Part shown: piece after piece, positions 51,417 through 63,792 of the stretch
Layout: each line of letters begins with the position of its first letter
How positions within the stretch are numbered: the first letter of the stretch is position 1
NCBI GenBank assembly: GCA_964247055.1
Contig: OZ176055.1
Location: forward strand, 1,426,001 to 1,490,000
Direction: 5' to 3'
Origin: Paragordius varius
Lineage: Eukaryota > Animalia > Nematomorpha
Length of the DNA stretch: 64,000 nucleotides
The notes under the pieces: generated by a model
What the model saw: only the letters and a program-made list of their open reading frames with translations
What the model was told of the DNA's origin: nothing
Databases searched by the model: none
Made by a program: the position numbers and the translations under genes

Positions 51417-51622
51417 CAACTAATATGAAAATAGTTTTAAAACATTTCAAAACCATACAATTATTTATTAAATAATAATTAAATAAATTCCTATGGCAAT
51501 ATATGCGCACACATTCTTATATTTGAAAAACCATTTATTAATCATATGTAAGCTTTATATTTTTTTCGATTTAATTGTTCCAGCTAAATAGTTTAAACGT
51601 TTTTAATAACCAAAATTTAACT

Positions 51623-51887
51623 TACAGTAAAAACGACAAAAAGTAAAGCTATAAAGACAAATATTACATTACTAAAAGAGAAAAGACAGACATATTTTTC
51701 ATAAATAAATTGTTTTATAAAATATCAAAGTATGAAATAGAAATATACATTGGTAACACAATCAAATGTATTTTATGATTGTAATTAAATTAATTACATG
51801 GGGAAAACTAAGGTTCAAATATGGTTTTCTTTAGAAAAAATATTTATCTTTTACGTTTTGGCTGTATAATTTTAATTTTTACTTTAT
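51623..51887. mobile_element. MITE family F copy
   Basis: TACAGTAAAAACGACAAAAAG...TTACGTTTTGGCTGTATAATTTTAATTTTTACT. Further degenerate or partial copies at about 39120, 40210, 44640, 52850-53073, 55928-56190, 58512 and 60340-60460. Confidence 0.75.
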
Positions 51888-52201
51888 AAGTAAAGGCATA
51901 TGTCATTTATAAATATTTTGATTCAGCCCCCAAAATTCCTTTTTGAAACTTATTAAACTACGCACGGCTTTATAACATTATTTTGAAATAGTTGTAGAAA
52001 TTTAATAATGTTAACAAAAAACGTTTTCATATATTTAAGTTAATTTTTATATAGTAACGACAACTATTTATAGACCGAATCGGTAATTTAAATAAAAGGG
52101 TCTTTAATTTACATGTCTATTGCCATGTATAAAATTTTACGTTTTTACATTAATTTAATACTATTGTTTCTCCACAATTTTCAAGGAAAAGTAACTGATG
52201 T

Positions 52202-52236
<35 letters not shown>

Positions 52237-53287
52237 AGCCCACTAAAATACCGAAATGGCCTCTAATAGTTCTATGTATGTTAGAAGTATTCATTGGGAA
52301 CAATTCAAAACACCATTCAATCAAATGTCAACTTTAGATCTCGAATCAAAAATTCAAGGGGTAATACAAAGTCTAAACTTAATTGTGTATCACGGGTTAA
52401 TAGGTGTATTACTACTGTTTGATATTTTTGAAGACTATCCTATTGTATTTTATACCATTTTGGGTGAATGTTCAGAAAATATGTCAATTTCAATTTCAAG
52501 ATTAATAGTTTTGGCATAAAGTATTTATTTTAAGTGAGCTCCTTATTATATAATATTAGCCAATAAAATTCGACATAATATATTTATATAAAATATTTTA
52601 TATTCCATTTTTAGGGATGTAACATCAAAACTAAATAAAATACGGCAAAATGTTTGAAATCAGGTGTTTTCCATTTTAAATTTTTGAATATATTCGTCTA
52701 AAAGGTAATGAGAAAGCATATTTTTATATTTGGCTGTAAAGTTTCACACACAATTAATATCAAAATTTGTAATTTGAAGCAGAAATATTATTTAATTGTT
52801 AACCATGTCTGCCGATATAGAGTTTTTCAAATATAAAAATTAATATTAGTCAGACAAAACTTAAAAACATAAAGACATATTTTTTACAAAACCTTTTTTA
52901 AAAATTAATTTTTTTAATTATAACTTTATGTTTTATAATGCAAAGTATGAAATAGACATGTAAATTGGTAACAATCAATTATTTTATATTTATAATTCAA
53001 TAATTTACTTAGAGTAAGGTTCAAGAAATATACATGTCACTTCAATAATTTGTCTGTATAGTTTCAATTTTTATCAGACCACAAGTATTTTATATCTACG
53101 AATCAATGTTTCCATTATGTCTATATGTAGTCGATTTAATAAATAATACGTAAAAATCGATAACCCAAAATAGGTGAACTAATAGGCACCTAAGTAAATA
53201 ATTATAAACAATTAATTTAACAATTTATAGATAAATTTTAAGACACATTTTAAATATTTTATATTTTTTTAAGAAAATAAATTAGCC

Positions 53288-56200
53288 ATGATGTTTTTAG
53301 TTAAAATTGGAGAAATAATTTTTTTCATATTGTTGATTGCCATTATACCGTTTTATTCGGTCGAGAGGTTTACTAATTTTATATTTTTATAATTTTTATC
53401 ATCGCTGTTATAACTCTTTTAACAATGCATTTTTTTAAAAAAATCAAGAAATTCCTAAAAACTTTTTAACTTGATATAATATACCATTTACAATTCAAAT
53501 TCACCCATGAACAATATATATTCACCCTCCAATAATTCGAATTCACCCTAAAATAAATTATGCGTTTTTTAAGATTAAAAATTAGATTTATTTTTTAATA
53601 TTTTTAAAATAGGAAATTCTGTTTAAAATTAATATAATACTGAAAAAATAATATATGTCGTAAAAATATATTCATATTAATGATGAGTCGTTATATCGAA
53701 AAAACATAATTTATTTTTAGGGTGAATATGAATTGTTCGAGGTGAATTTGAATGGTTCAAGGGTAAATTTGTGTTGTAGATGGTATATATATTATATTCT
53801 GGTAATGTTCCCGCTTTAAGCTTAAATTTGTCAAATGTAATAAAACTAATAAATTTTTACTATGCTTTTTTTTGGTCAAAAATTGACGTCCTAATTATTG
53901 ATCTTCTGGAGGAGGCCTAAATATAAATCACTTCAAATAAATCGTATTATGCAAGATTTTGTCTTAAAATATATCAAAATATATCCAATAGCAAAAATGA
54001 TATTAGAGTTAATAATGAGAAATGGACAAAACCCACAAGAGCCATGAATCCCGCCATGGTAGAAACGATATGCAACATTGAAATCATCAAAAATACCCAA
54101 TTGCAAAAACCATCCAAAATACCTACCAAGGAAATAATTGGGAAAGTTCATATGGTTGGACCCTTCATCGAACTCAAGGCTAATGGGACATCTTTTATTG
54201 GTTTACGGGCTGTCAGAGAGGCTTATGCCATTGTTTATAATTACTTTTTTGGTGCTAATACACGAAGTATTTACTTTTTCAATGCTATATATCATGAACT
54301 AAGAGAGTTTTTTTCAAAAAGAATAAGGCCATGTGAATGATTCATGTGTGTAGGGTACTGGCCCAATACCTATAAAACTCTATGTTATTGTTTACCTTTC
54401 AAGTTTTTTAAGTTACGACGGTTTAAAAAAATTCAATATTTCTGACTTAAATTCTCCGCCATAAAACATTCAGAATATTTGAGTAAGTCACTTGAGAATC
54501 TGTTGTGCCGGCTTGTTAACCGAAATGCCTGTCAAGGCTTATTCAGGTGGCCGTAAGTATTTAAAACAATATTGTAAAAACGCATAAAACATTCAAAATA
54601 TTTGAGTAATTCATTTGAGAATTCGTTGTGCTGGCTTGTTTACAGAAATGCCTGCAAGGCTTATTCAGGTGGCCGTAAGTATTTAAAACAATATTGTAAA
54701 AACACTTAAATACTTAGATACTTTTGGAATGCCATACCTTTTATATATTTTACGAAATAAATGATTCATCAATTACAATTCATTCTTTAAAAAAAATCAG
54801 TTTTCTCATTAGTATTTATTTAAAAAGACGTCGCCTGAAGAAATTAATACCCTAAAATTTTGTTTTTCAAAATAAACTATATGTGTATTGTGCCATATAC
54901 AGTGTGAGTAAGTATACCTTGCAAGAAAGTTATTTATTGCCGAATAGTGAATACAACAAAGGGCAGTATTTTTGGCTAATAGTAAAAAGTGGAAAAAATT
55001 ACTATAAGCCAATAATACTGCCCTTTGTTGTATATGCTCTTTCATGGCAATAATTAATAACTTTCATACATACCCATACTGTATAATTATATTTTAGATT
55101 ATACAAGCCCGCTGCCTACACCCTTTCTTATTTCGCGTAATTTCTATGAAAACGGGAATCAGGTTATGGATCACAGAGAACACAATACGATCGAACAGGA
55201 GATTGGTTGTATCTTTAGTTTTTGCCGTAAATTGTATCAAATAAGTTTTATGATTCAAGCTTCTGACCAAGTTCCACTCCCTACGGATCATAGGGTAGCA
55301 TACGTTTAACTTTTTTTGTTTCGCGAAAGAAATGGATAATAATGAGGAATAAATTCACAATTTTATTTGATTATGTATAAACCATCTTATCAGACACAAG
55401 ATATTAGATTACAAAATTAGCAATATAATATATTATCTTTATATATGTACATTATAAATCTAAACTTTCTCAGCCGTTTACTTAAAAACAAAATCTAGAT
55501 GTGAAGTTAAATATGTTTAAGACATGCAAAACCCATATTCCCAATCTCAATTATATAAAGTTATAAGGCTTAAAAATTATATCTGATCTTTAGAAAAAAA
55601 TGATAGATGATGGGCCTTATTTTCATTTTTACTGTAAAATCAAATGTTCCAGGTAATAATAATTTCTATATATATAACCTGTGTTCTAATTTTAGCTTAG
55701 TATGCAACTCAGATCTCCCAAATATTATTATGCCCTACCGTTTACGGGTTGGATTGTCAATGTGGTGGATAGTGGGGACGAACACGAGAAATTAGAAAAA
55801 ATTTTATCTGAAACATTTGGGATCCATGTGGAAAAAGCTAATTATTTCATTGCAAGTTATGATAGGTCGGTTTCTTTTTTTATACCCTATTTTTGATTTT
55901 TTATTAAAAGTATGTTAAAAACTTATATTAAAAACTGATACAGATAAAACTTAAAAACTAAAAGACAAAAATATAATTATAAGACAAACATACTTTTTTA
56001 AAACAACTGATTGTTAATACACAAATTAAGTAATTTCAATTTCGAAATATATTATTGAGTGATTAACGATTTCACGTCTTTGTTTTTTTATATTGAAACC
56101 CAAAATAATTATATTAAAAAATGATTGTCTTTTTAAAAAACTATTTGTCTTTAAGTTACATTTTTTGTCTGTCTGTATAAATACAATTTTGTCTTTATTT

Positions 56201-56299
56201 TATTTCTTTTTTAGTCCTGGAAAATTGTTTAATCGGAAATTTGAGATTTGGATTGAAGCCCAGGAAGAGGATTTACCGAAAGTTTGCACAAGTTATTGA
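53288..56299 (+). CDS. Secreted SOUL/heme-binding-protein family member, ~268 aa, 5 exons
   Basis: Exons 53288-53367 (signal peptide MMFLVKIGEIIFFILLIAIIPFYSVES), 53992-54266, 55098-55294, 55696-55865, 56215-56299; 807 nt. SOUL-like motifs AYAIVYNYFFGAN, YQISFMI..VPLPTD, YYYALPFTGW, IASYDSPGKLFNRKFEIWI. Confidence 0.8.
53481..53785. mobile_element. MITE family A, copy 5
   Basis: ATACCATTTACAATTCAAATTCACCC...TAGATGGTATA, in intron 1 of the SOUL gene. Confidence 0.85.
54462..54707. repeat. Tandem duplication, 2 x ~123 bp
   Basis: Unit TAAAACATTC...CAAGGCTTATTCAGGTGGCCGTAAGTATTTAAAACAATATTGTAAAAAC starts at 54462 and 54585. Confidence 0.9.
54898..55083. mobile_element. MITE family C, copy 3
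   Basis: TACAGTGTGAGTAAGTATAC...CATACTGTA, ending ~14 nt before a SOUL acceptor. Confidence 0.85.
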
Positions 56300-56593
56300 A
56301 GAATGACAATATAAAATTTTGTTTATGTGATTTAAAAAAATTGAACAATATTCAACAAATATTTACAACAATATCCTATTATATTCACCATTGCAATTAA
56401 TTACATAATAATCCTTTTTTTGCCAAAATAATATTACTTTAAAGCATGGCTATCAACATATACCGCCCAACGGGCCGCCAGCCCTCCGAAATATTTTGCA
56501 GACTGTGAAAAACTTAAAACATTACTAAATAAATTTGAAATTGAGAGAATCACGCATTATATATTATGAAAATTTTTTAAAATTGTGCTACAA

Positions 56594-56703
56594 TGCATAT
56601 ATGATAAAAATATATATTTTAATTTTCGACTTTTATATTGAAAAGTCCTTATCGAAAAACTTTTCAATAAAAGTCGAAAATTGATATTTTCATCATATAA
56701 GCA
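56594..56703. repeat. ~110-bp inverted repeat (hairpin)
   Basis: ATATGATAAAAATAT..AATTTTCGACTTTTA..TTGAAAAGT mirrored by ACTTTTCAATAAAAGTCGAAAATT..ATATTTTCATCATAT. Confidence 0.7.
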
Positions 56704-59399
56704 TTTTAGCTTAATTTTATAAAATTTATTAAATAAATACGTGTTTCATAATATGTGTATTTTCTCTAAATCGTATGCATGATTTTTCTTAACGTCTTTC
56801 CAAAGTAGACAAACTAACAAAAATTGTGAAACACATAGTAATTAAATTGTGTTCCTATTGTTCACAATCCTATGTTTGAAATCTAATAAAATATATATTG
56901 ATGCCCATATATATATATTCGAACGGGGCCCGCCTAATTTTATGAGCCCAAAATACAGCCCGCTAAGCATTTATTGAGAATTAGAAGAATTCAAAAATAA
57001 TTAAAATGCAAAGCGAGACAATTTTTAAATAATTTAAGGAAATCGAAAAAATTTAGCCTGCGGTACTTTAAATTATTAATAATAGATATTTTCAAATCTA
57101 TAAAAAATTTTTTGAAGTTCTTGTGAATTAACGTTGGTGTGTTGTGTATATTTTCGTCCTTAATTAGTTGAAAACATAACAAGGCACTACGATGGCAAAA
57201 ATTTTTGAATATCAATAAAATTTATATTATTTAATTTTCAAATTGGTAATATATGCAAATATCGAAATTATTACAAACAAAAAAATTTGTCCAAAATATT
57301 ACATAGTTAATTTTTTAAAAAATTTTATGGAATTATAATTATATCTTAATTCTTTGAATCTCAGGGATCAAACTGGATAAATCATAATTTAATTTATGCA
57401 AATTTTATTTTACAATTTTTATTCCCAGTGGAGGTACAACATGTCAAAATTTTTAATATAAAATTAATAGGACTCTTTTGATTTTTTTACGTAAAATATT
57501 TAAAATATAAGTTTGTTAAAATTATTGCATAATTAAGGATCTTACAAAGTTAGCATAATTTTTTTCATTCATTAAAATGTTTCGACTTAAAGCAAAGAAC
57601 TAAAAATAATAGCGTATACTTTGGAATTATTTTAAGTTAAACACCTTTTTATAAAAATTAAATAAAAAGTACCTTTTGGCGTGTTAAATACGCCAGAAAT
57701 TAGAATATATAATGGTGGTCACGTTTCTTTGCTAAAAAGCAATGATATACCTTAGGGGTTAAAATTTCAAACTTTTCAAAAAATTAATTCAAATTACCAG
57801 CTGATAATTTAAAAATTAAAAGCTATATTTTAGTTATATAGTTAATTTTAAAGATAATATATATATATATGTTGTTTCTGAATTGCAAATATATTTGATG
57901 GCAAAAACTTTAAGAAAATATATTAACTGTTGTTAATAAAACAGTTATGCGCTTAAAAGGCATAGAATGCAAATTATTCGATTTAGACCAATATCATCGC
58001 TATTTTAAGTTATATAAATTTTGAAATTGTCTCATGGGTGAACTTTAACGATACTGAAGTGTTTAACATATTTCAAAATTATGCGCAAAAATAAATTTAT
58101 ATATGATTGTACAAAATTTTCATAAATTGGCGGAAAAAATTTGATATGAATAATTTAATTTTATGATTTTATTTTGAATGTGCTTTACCAGCCATGAAAT
58201 GCATTCCTTTGAATTTTCCCTATATCATAGAATTTAAAATACTCTGGAATCGTTAAATCATGGAATGAAGTGTTATATAAGAAATAAAGCTCAGTGTTAT
58301 GATTTCGAATAAGTATATGAAATTTTAGCTCAATATCCTAAAACATGTAGAAGGTGCTATATATCACAAAAGAGCAAAAACAAGTAAAAATATTTTAAAC
58401 TTGGCTTAATTTTGTAATTAATATAAATATTTATTCTAACTATAAAACAATTTTTATTGAAATAATGGCTAAAATTGAAATTTATTTATTTCAATTTAGA
58501 GGCTAAAGAAATACAGTAAAAATGAAATTATACGTGGACAAAACGGTTAAATCAAAGACAAATATTTGTTTCTAAAAGAACCATACTTTTTTACTCGCAA
58601 TCATAAATGGGGTCGGGAACTACAAAAGTTTAATAAGCCATGATTTATATATATAGGAAAAATTGAGTTAACGACCCCAACAAATATAAAAGAAAAACAA
58701 TAGTTTCTACGAAATAGCACTAGATAATATCTATCAGGATTATTTCGGTTTTAAGAGATTGACAAAAATCAATCTACATTTTTTATAAATTTCTATGACA
58801 TTTTCTGATTCATAGTAAAATATATACTAGCTGGCCCTGTCACGCTTCGCTGTGACGTAGTCTCACCGATAATTATTCTTAATAATTTAAATAAAGAGTT
58901 AATGGAGATCAAAAATAAAAAACATATATAATAAAAAGAATGTCTTTAATTCCTTTACGGGTTTTTGCATAGGCTCAATATTGTTTACTCGAAATTGACT
59001 ATTTAAACTGTCCCTTATTAAAGTTAATATTCAAAAATTGGATTATTTAAAGATTTTCGTTTTACGAAATCATGGTCAAAAGTTCTATTATCAAGTGTTC
59101 CCACACAAGGGATATAAAAAGTAAATTATTTGTGGTCCCTTTTTAAAGGAAAGAATGATATTATACAAATTCCCCAGATTTGTGTTTAACTGAACTCGTA
59201 TGGCTTCTTAAGTTTTTTGCTGCAAAACTACGCCATTTTGTATGGCTCAGTTTTAAATCGGTAGATCCCTACCTATAGACCTATATGGAAAAGCGCTGAA
59301 TTAAATTCTTTGCCTTTATGGGGCAAATATTTGGAAACATTTTTGATACCATTGTCTCATGGATTATTCGAAAAAATACCCTAGACTAAATAATCGTTA

Positions 59400-60045
59400 T
59401 ATGATGGCGTATTTTTAGGGCATTAAGGCCCCAAATTAACGGCTATTAAAAAACCCGACCTTGATTTTTACATAGTTACGGGTAAAATATCGAGCTTTTA
59501 ATGAGCTCATATGGCTTCATAAATTTTCTGTAAATTAGCTTCAAAACAATGCAATTTCTATATAGTGGCGGTTCTTGGCGGCTATCTGTTTACCCAGCAG
59601 CCAATATTAAAAAACGCAAGACTAAAATTTTTGCCTTTTAACAGGGAATATACCTGGAATCCTCATTAAATTTTAACGTTCTATTACCCTGGGCAAAAAA
59701 TTATTTAGTTTTTTTTTTGAAAAAATGGCATTTTACGGGGGGAGCGGGTAAAAAAAGAGCCAAAATTAAAAAAGTAAGCCGACTATGTTCGCCGCAATCG
59801 AAAATAGGTAAAAAAATCATATTTGAAATCGACCAGCAAGTTTTCCGGAAATTGTCGCAAAGACACGATTTTTGTGGACTTGTGTTTTCAAAAAAAACCG
59901 TTTTTGACACGGGGTGGGCCCGAACTGGGGGCCTAATCTAAAAAAAGGCGAAGCTATTGTCGGGGCATTCATTAATGATTATATTTTTTGACATTTGGAT
60001 TTGTATGGGTCTACCGGTTTTCCGGATACAAATCACAATAGCATT
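59400..60045 (+). repeat. Dispersed ~700-bp repeat, copy 2
   Basis: Collinear, same-orientation similarity to 60-715. Confidence 0.85.
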
Positions 60046-60900
60046 TGTTATTTTTATAAATATATATGATCGCAATAGAAATGCTTATATATACAGTCCT
60101 TCAGAACCAGAAGGTTTTATGATATATTTATCTACGATGATTGCTATTTTTCTTTATAACAATAATTTTAAAAGTTAAAAAACATTTTTGTTAAATTGTA
60201 TTTTCACTCTAACCCCATAATTTTGCTACGCGAATCCAAATGGGGCCGCGACCCATAATTTAAGAAGCCCTGATATAAATTATTAGATTACAATCGTAAA
60301 TTACATAATTAATTGTGTTACTTCTCTATTTTCTAATTACCAAATAATAACAAAAAGTTAAATTAAAAAATCAAGTGTAAAATAGTATAGCGGTCTTTAA
60401 AATAAATTTGACTTTATTTCTTCACGTTTTGTCCGTATAGATTTAATATTTTCTGTATATAAAAGGGTAAATGAGATATATTTTTAAAATTCAACCCTAG
60501 TAAAGTGTTAAATTTTTATTAAGTCCATTTGATTCAAATAAGACATGCCATAATTTATTATATTTATTAATCTATTTATTAGCATATGGACACAATAAAC
60601 TATTTCAACCTGCTAAAATTAATTTTTTGAAAAAAATAAATAACTTTAAAATTGGCACACGATATAAAAATGTTAACACATTTTAGCTATATATAATAAA
60701 TTCAAAAATATGGTATTTGTGTATAATAATTATTTGCGTTATGGGCTGAAATTGGATAATGTGGATTATGAAAATAAGATGGCACTGAATAATTATAGTG
60801 AAGTGTATTAGAGCTTATATTGGTTTCAATGATGGAAGAGCTGGTTATTTCATTTGATGCAGACCTACACAATTAATTATTTAAACATAAAAATAAAATA

Positions 60901-61471
60901 TATCATTTGCACTTCACGAGTGTCCTTGAACACTTCAAGTTGGTCCTTGAACATTTCAAGATGGTCCTTCAACACTTCAAGAGTGTCCTACTTGAAGTTG
61001 GTCCTTCAACTTTTTGATTTGTTTTTAAATTTGTCAATCAAATCGTAGATCATTCATCCTATTTATCATTTTTGACCTATTCTCTTGAATTAACCAAACT
61101 TCTAAATTAGTATCAACCTTTACTCATTCAGAAACCGTATATCTTTATTAAGTTCTTAAAAATATTTTAATTTAGAATAAGATAATCAGTTTTCTGGGTT
61201 ATTAATTACAGTTTTTAGCTGTAAATTTGAATAATATTGTTAAATTAGGATAAATTAGTTCGCAAAAAAAGGTATTTAAATGAAAAATATTAATTTGAAA
61301 TGAATAAATATATACAAAGTTTATGGTTAACTTAAAAGGTTTAACGACAAACTTGAAGTGTTGTAAGACCAACTTGATGTGTTGAAGGACCAACTTAAAG
61401 TGTTCAATACTTGAAATGTTTAAGGACCAACTTGAAGTGTTCAAGAACACCCTTGAAGTGCAATTGATATA
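60901..61471. mobile_element. MITE family B, copy 2
   Basis: TATCATTTGCACTTCACGAGTGTCCTTGAACACTTCAAGTTGGTCC...CTTGAAGTGCAATTGATA. The internal region resembles copy 1 in the opposite orientation (AGAAACCGTATA, TTTTCTGGGTTATTAATTA). Confidence 0.85.
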
Positions 61472-61980
61472 GTAAATGGAAGGTGATTAGAATTTTAGCT
61501 AAAAATGCATTGGGGATGCCATTTCATAAATTTAACGGACAGATTGCATTAAGGCAGTCATTTACAGCCGTCAATGCATACAATACATATGTGGCAATTC
61601 ATATGTTATGCAAAAAATCAAAGTTCAAATAAAATTATATTTGTATGATGTTAAAAAATGTCAATAGTAACTGAGTATTTACCAATTATAGTTTATATTT
61701 GATACATATAATAAAGTTAATGTTTCTTTATTATTAAATTAGGCCAAGGATATAAAACTGTATTATTTTTAAAATTGTAAAAATAATTTGTTTAATAATT
61801 TCTTTATATTTACTCTCATAACAAATCAAAGTAAAAATGCGTATACTAAACCAAATCGAACCGTCGCACGCCATTGTGTGGTTTAAAATCACCATACTAT
61901 TTATCTTAAATTTTAATTAATAAACAAAAAATTATTAAAAAAACTTTATAATATATATTATATATATATATATATATATA

Positions 61981-63792
61981 TTAATATTTATACTTGCTTG
62001 TTTTGGCGTTTGTGTCCTGATTATCGATTTGGTTTGTATTATTTTCCAATGTATCCAACATGGTTTTAAGCCTTTTTTTGTTGGGTTGTATTATTTCACC
62101 TTTAGTGTTTGAGATACGGTGTTTAGAATTTCGATATTTAACATCTGTTTCCTTCCTATGATTACTACATTGTTGATCGTCATCTTGATATGCGTACTTT
62201 CCAGAGTCAAAATTATTCGTATTGGAAGTTGAAAGGAGGTTTTTGTGTGAATTTGGGTCTGAATTGTTCGTTGCAGAAGGGGATAATATTGAATTATTCC
62301 GGCATTTTACACTTTCAATATTATTATTGTTGCTGATATAAGGAACGTTTCCATAACGTTGAAGGGAAGAGATAACATCATAATCGTAAAGAAATGCCGC
62401 GGGCGAGGTATGATTTCCAATGTTGGGATGAGGGGCAGTATGATGGCCTGCATGATAAAACCCCAACATTGGATGGTAATATGGTGTTGCTGGATTAAAT
62501 GCATGTGAATTGAAATCAAACGGGGCCGGAGTTTGTACTTCATTATGGCTTTTATCATAAATGTTTTCGTTATTTGTGATATTTTTCCCGTTTCCGTAAT
62601 ATTTTGCACCATCATTTTTATTATGGTCAACTGGTAGTACGTTTGATTGTTGGGTATCATCTGTAGAGGTCATTGTGGGAACTCCTAAAGCTGATGAGTG
62701 TAAATGATGTGCCATATATGGTGGAAAATCATAGTAATACATATTTGAAGGGAGTTTTCCTCCCTTAAATGATTGTTGATTTTGTCCACTCGTTGAATGT
62801 AAGGTAGATTGTGGTACTAGCGTATTGCTGCCTAGTTCTTTTTTGCTTTGTTGGTAGGGCTCTGCGGCTAATTGACTTTGGGTATATTGGTGGTCTTTTC
62901 CTGTACCCATAAACATATTGTAAGGACTGAAAGCGGCATAATGTATGTTATTCAGCAACATTGAATGCGGATGGGGATATGAGGTATATTGATGATTCAT
63001 ATAAGAAAGTGGGTTGGGCATTTCAGAATTAGCTGTATGCTCTTTATTCTCATATCCTAATGAGGTTTGGGTGTTTTCCCTATAAAATTATAAAAAACTG
63101 TATCTTGGTTCCATTATGTATGATCAATTATATCTAATTGTATAAAACTTCCTAACTTTGGTTTAATTTATTAAAAATATAGCTATAAAAGTTATAATGA
63201 AATATTTATTAAACCTGTCACCCTTGTAATATTTATGAGGTGTGGTATTTGGATTTTCATCATTATAATTTGTATTGTGTGTGTTATTGTGCCCATTGTT
63301 TTTTGGTAGCTTAAGTTGGTTATCGGAAGAAACGCTAAAATCTATCAAAGGAATGGGGGAAACCTTTAGGCATTCGTTATTATTCAGCGGTATATCCTCT
63401 GTAGAAAAGGGTTCATTCTGAGTTCTTAGTTTATCTTCCCGACGCCATTTCGCCCTTCTGTTGGAAAACCAAACCTGTATCAATGTGTCATGCAATTATT
63501 TTTATATTATATTAATAAAACCCCATAAATTTATGGAGCATATAGGGAAAAATGCAAAAAATAGGACTTTTTAAAATTTATAAAATAACTAAAAGTAACA
63601 ATGATTAATTTTCCTAAAAATGTGGTTATGTAGTATCAATGAAGCTTATGATATATAGCTTTTTATAGCTTAAGCTATAGTTAGATAAAACTTATATTGG
63701 TAAACTAACCTGGATTCTTGCTTCGGGTAGATCGATTAATCCTGAAAGTTTCTCGCGAGCAAACACATCCGGATAATGTGTGCGCTCAAATT
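61981..63792 (-). CDS. PAX6: Pax6-like paired-class homeobox gene, 3' exons only (5' part lies beyond the window)
   Basis: Exons 63792-63710 (83 nt, [28 protein letters not shown]), 63474-63215 ([19 protein letters not shown]..., Ser50) and 63079-61981. The intron between ARIQ and VWF is typical of Pax6. Confidence 0.85.

Noticed and set aside
52256-52519. 87-aa ORF (MASNSSMYVRS...) as a separate gene or alternative SOUL first exon
   Set aside because: No recognisable homology. The best donor (52361) is out of phase with SOUL exon 2; only a weaker donor at 52396 would fit.
62307-62660. 117-aa alternative-frame minus ORF
   Set aside because: Overlaps the Pax6 terminal exon in another frame and has no independent support.
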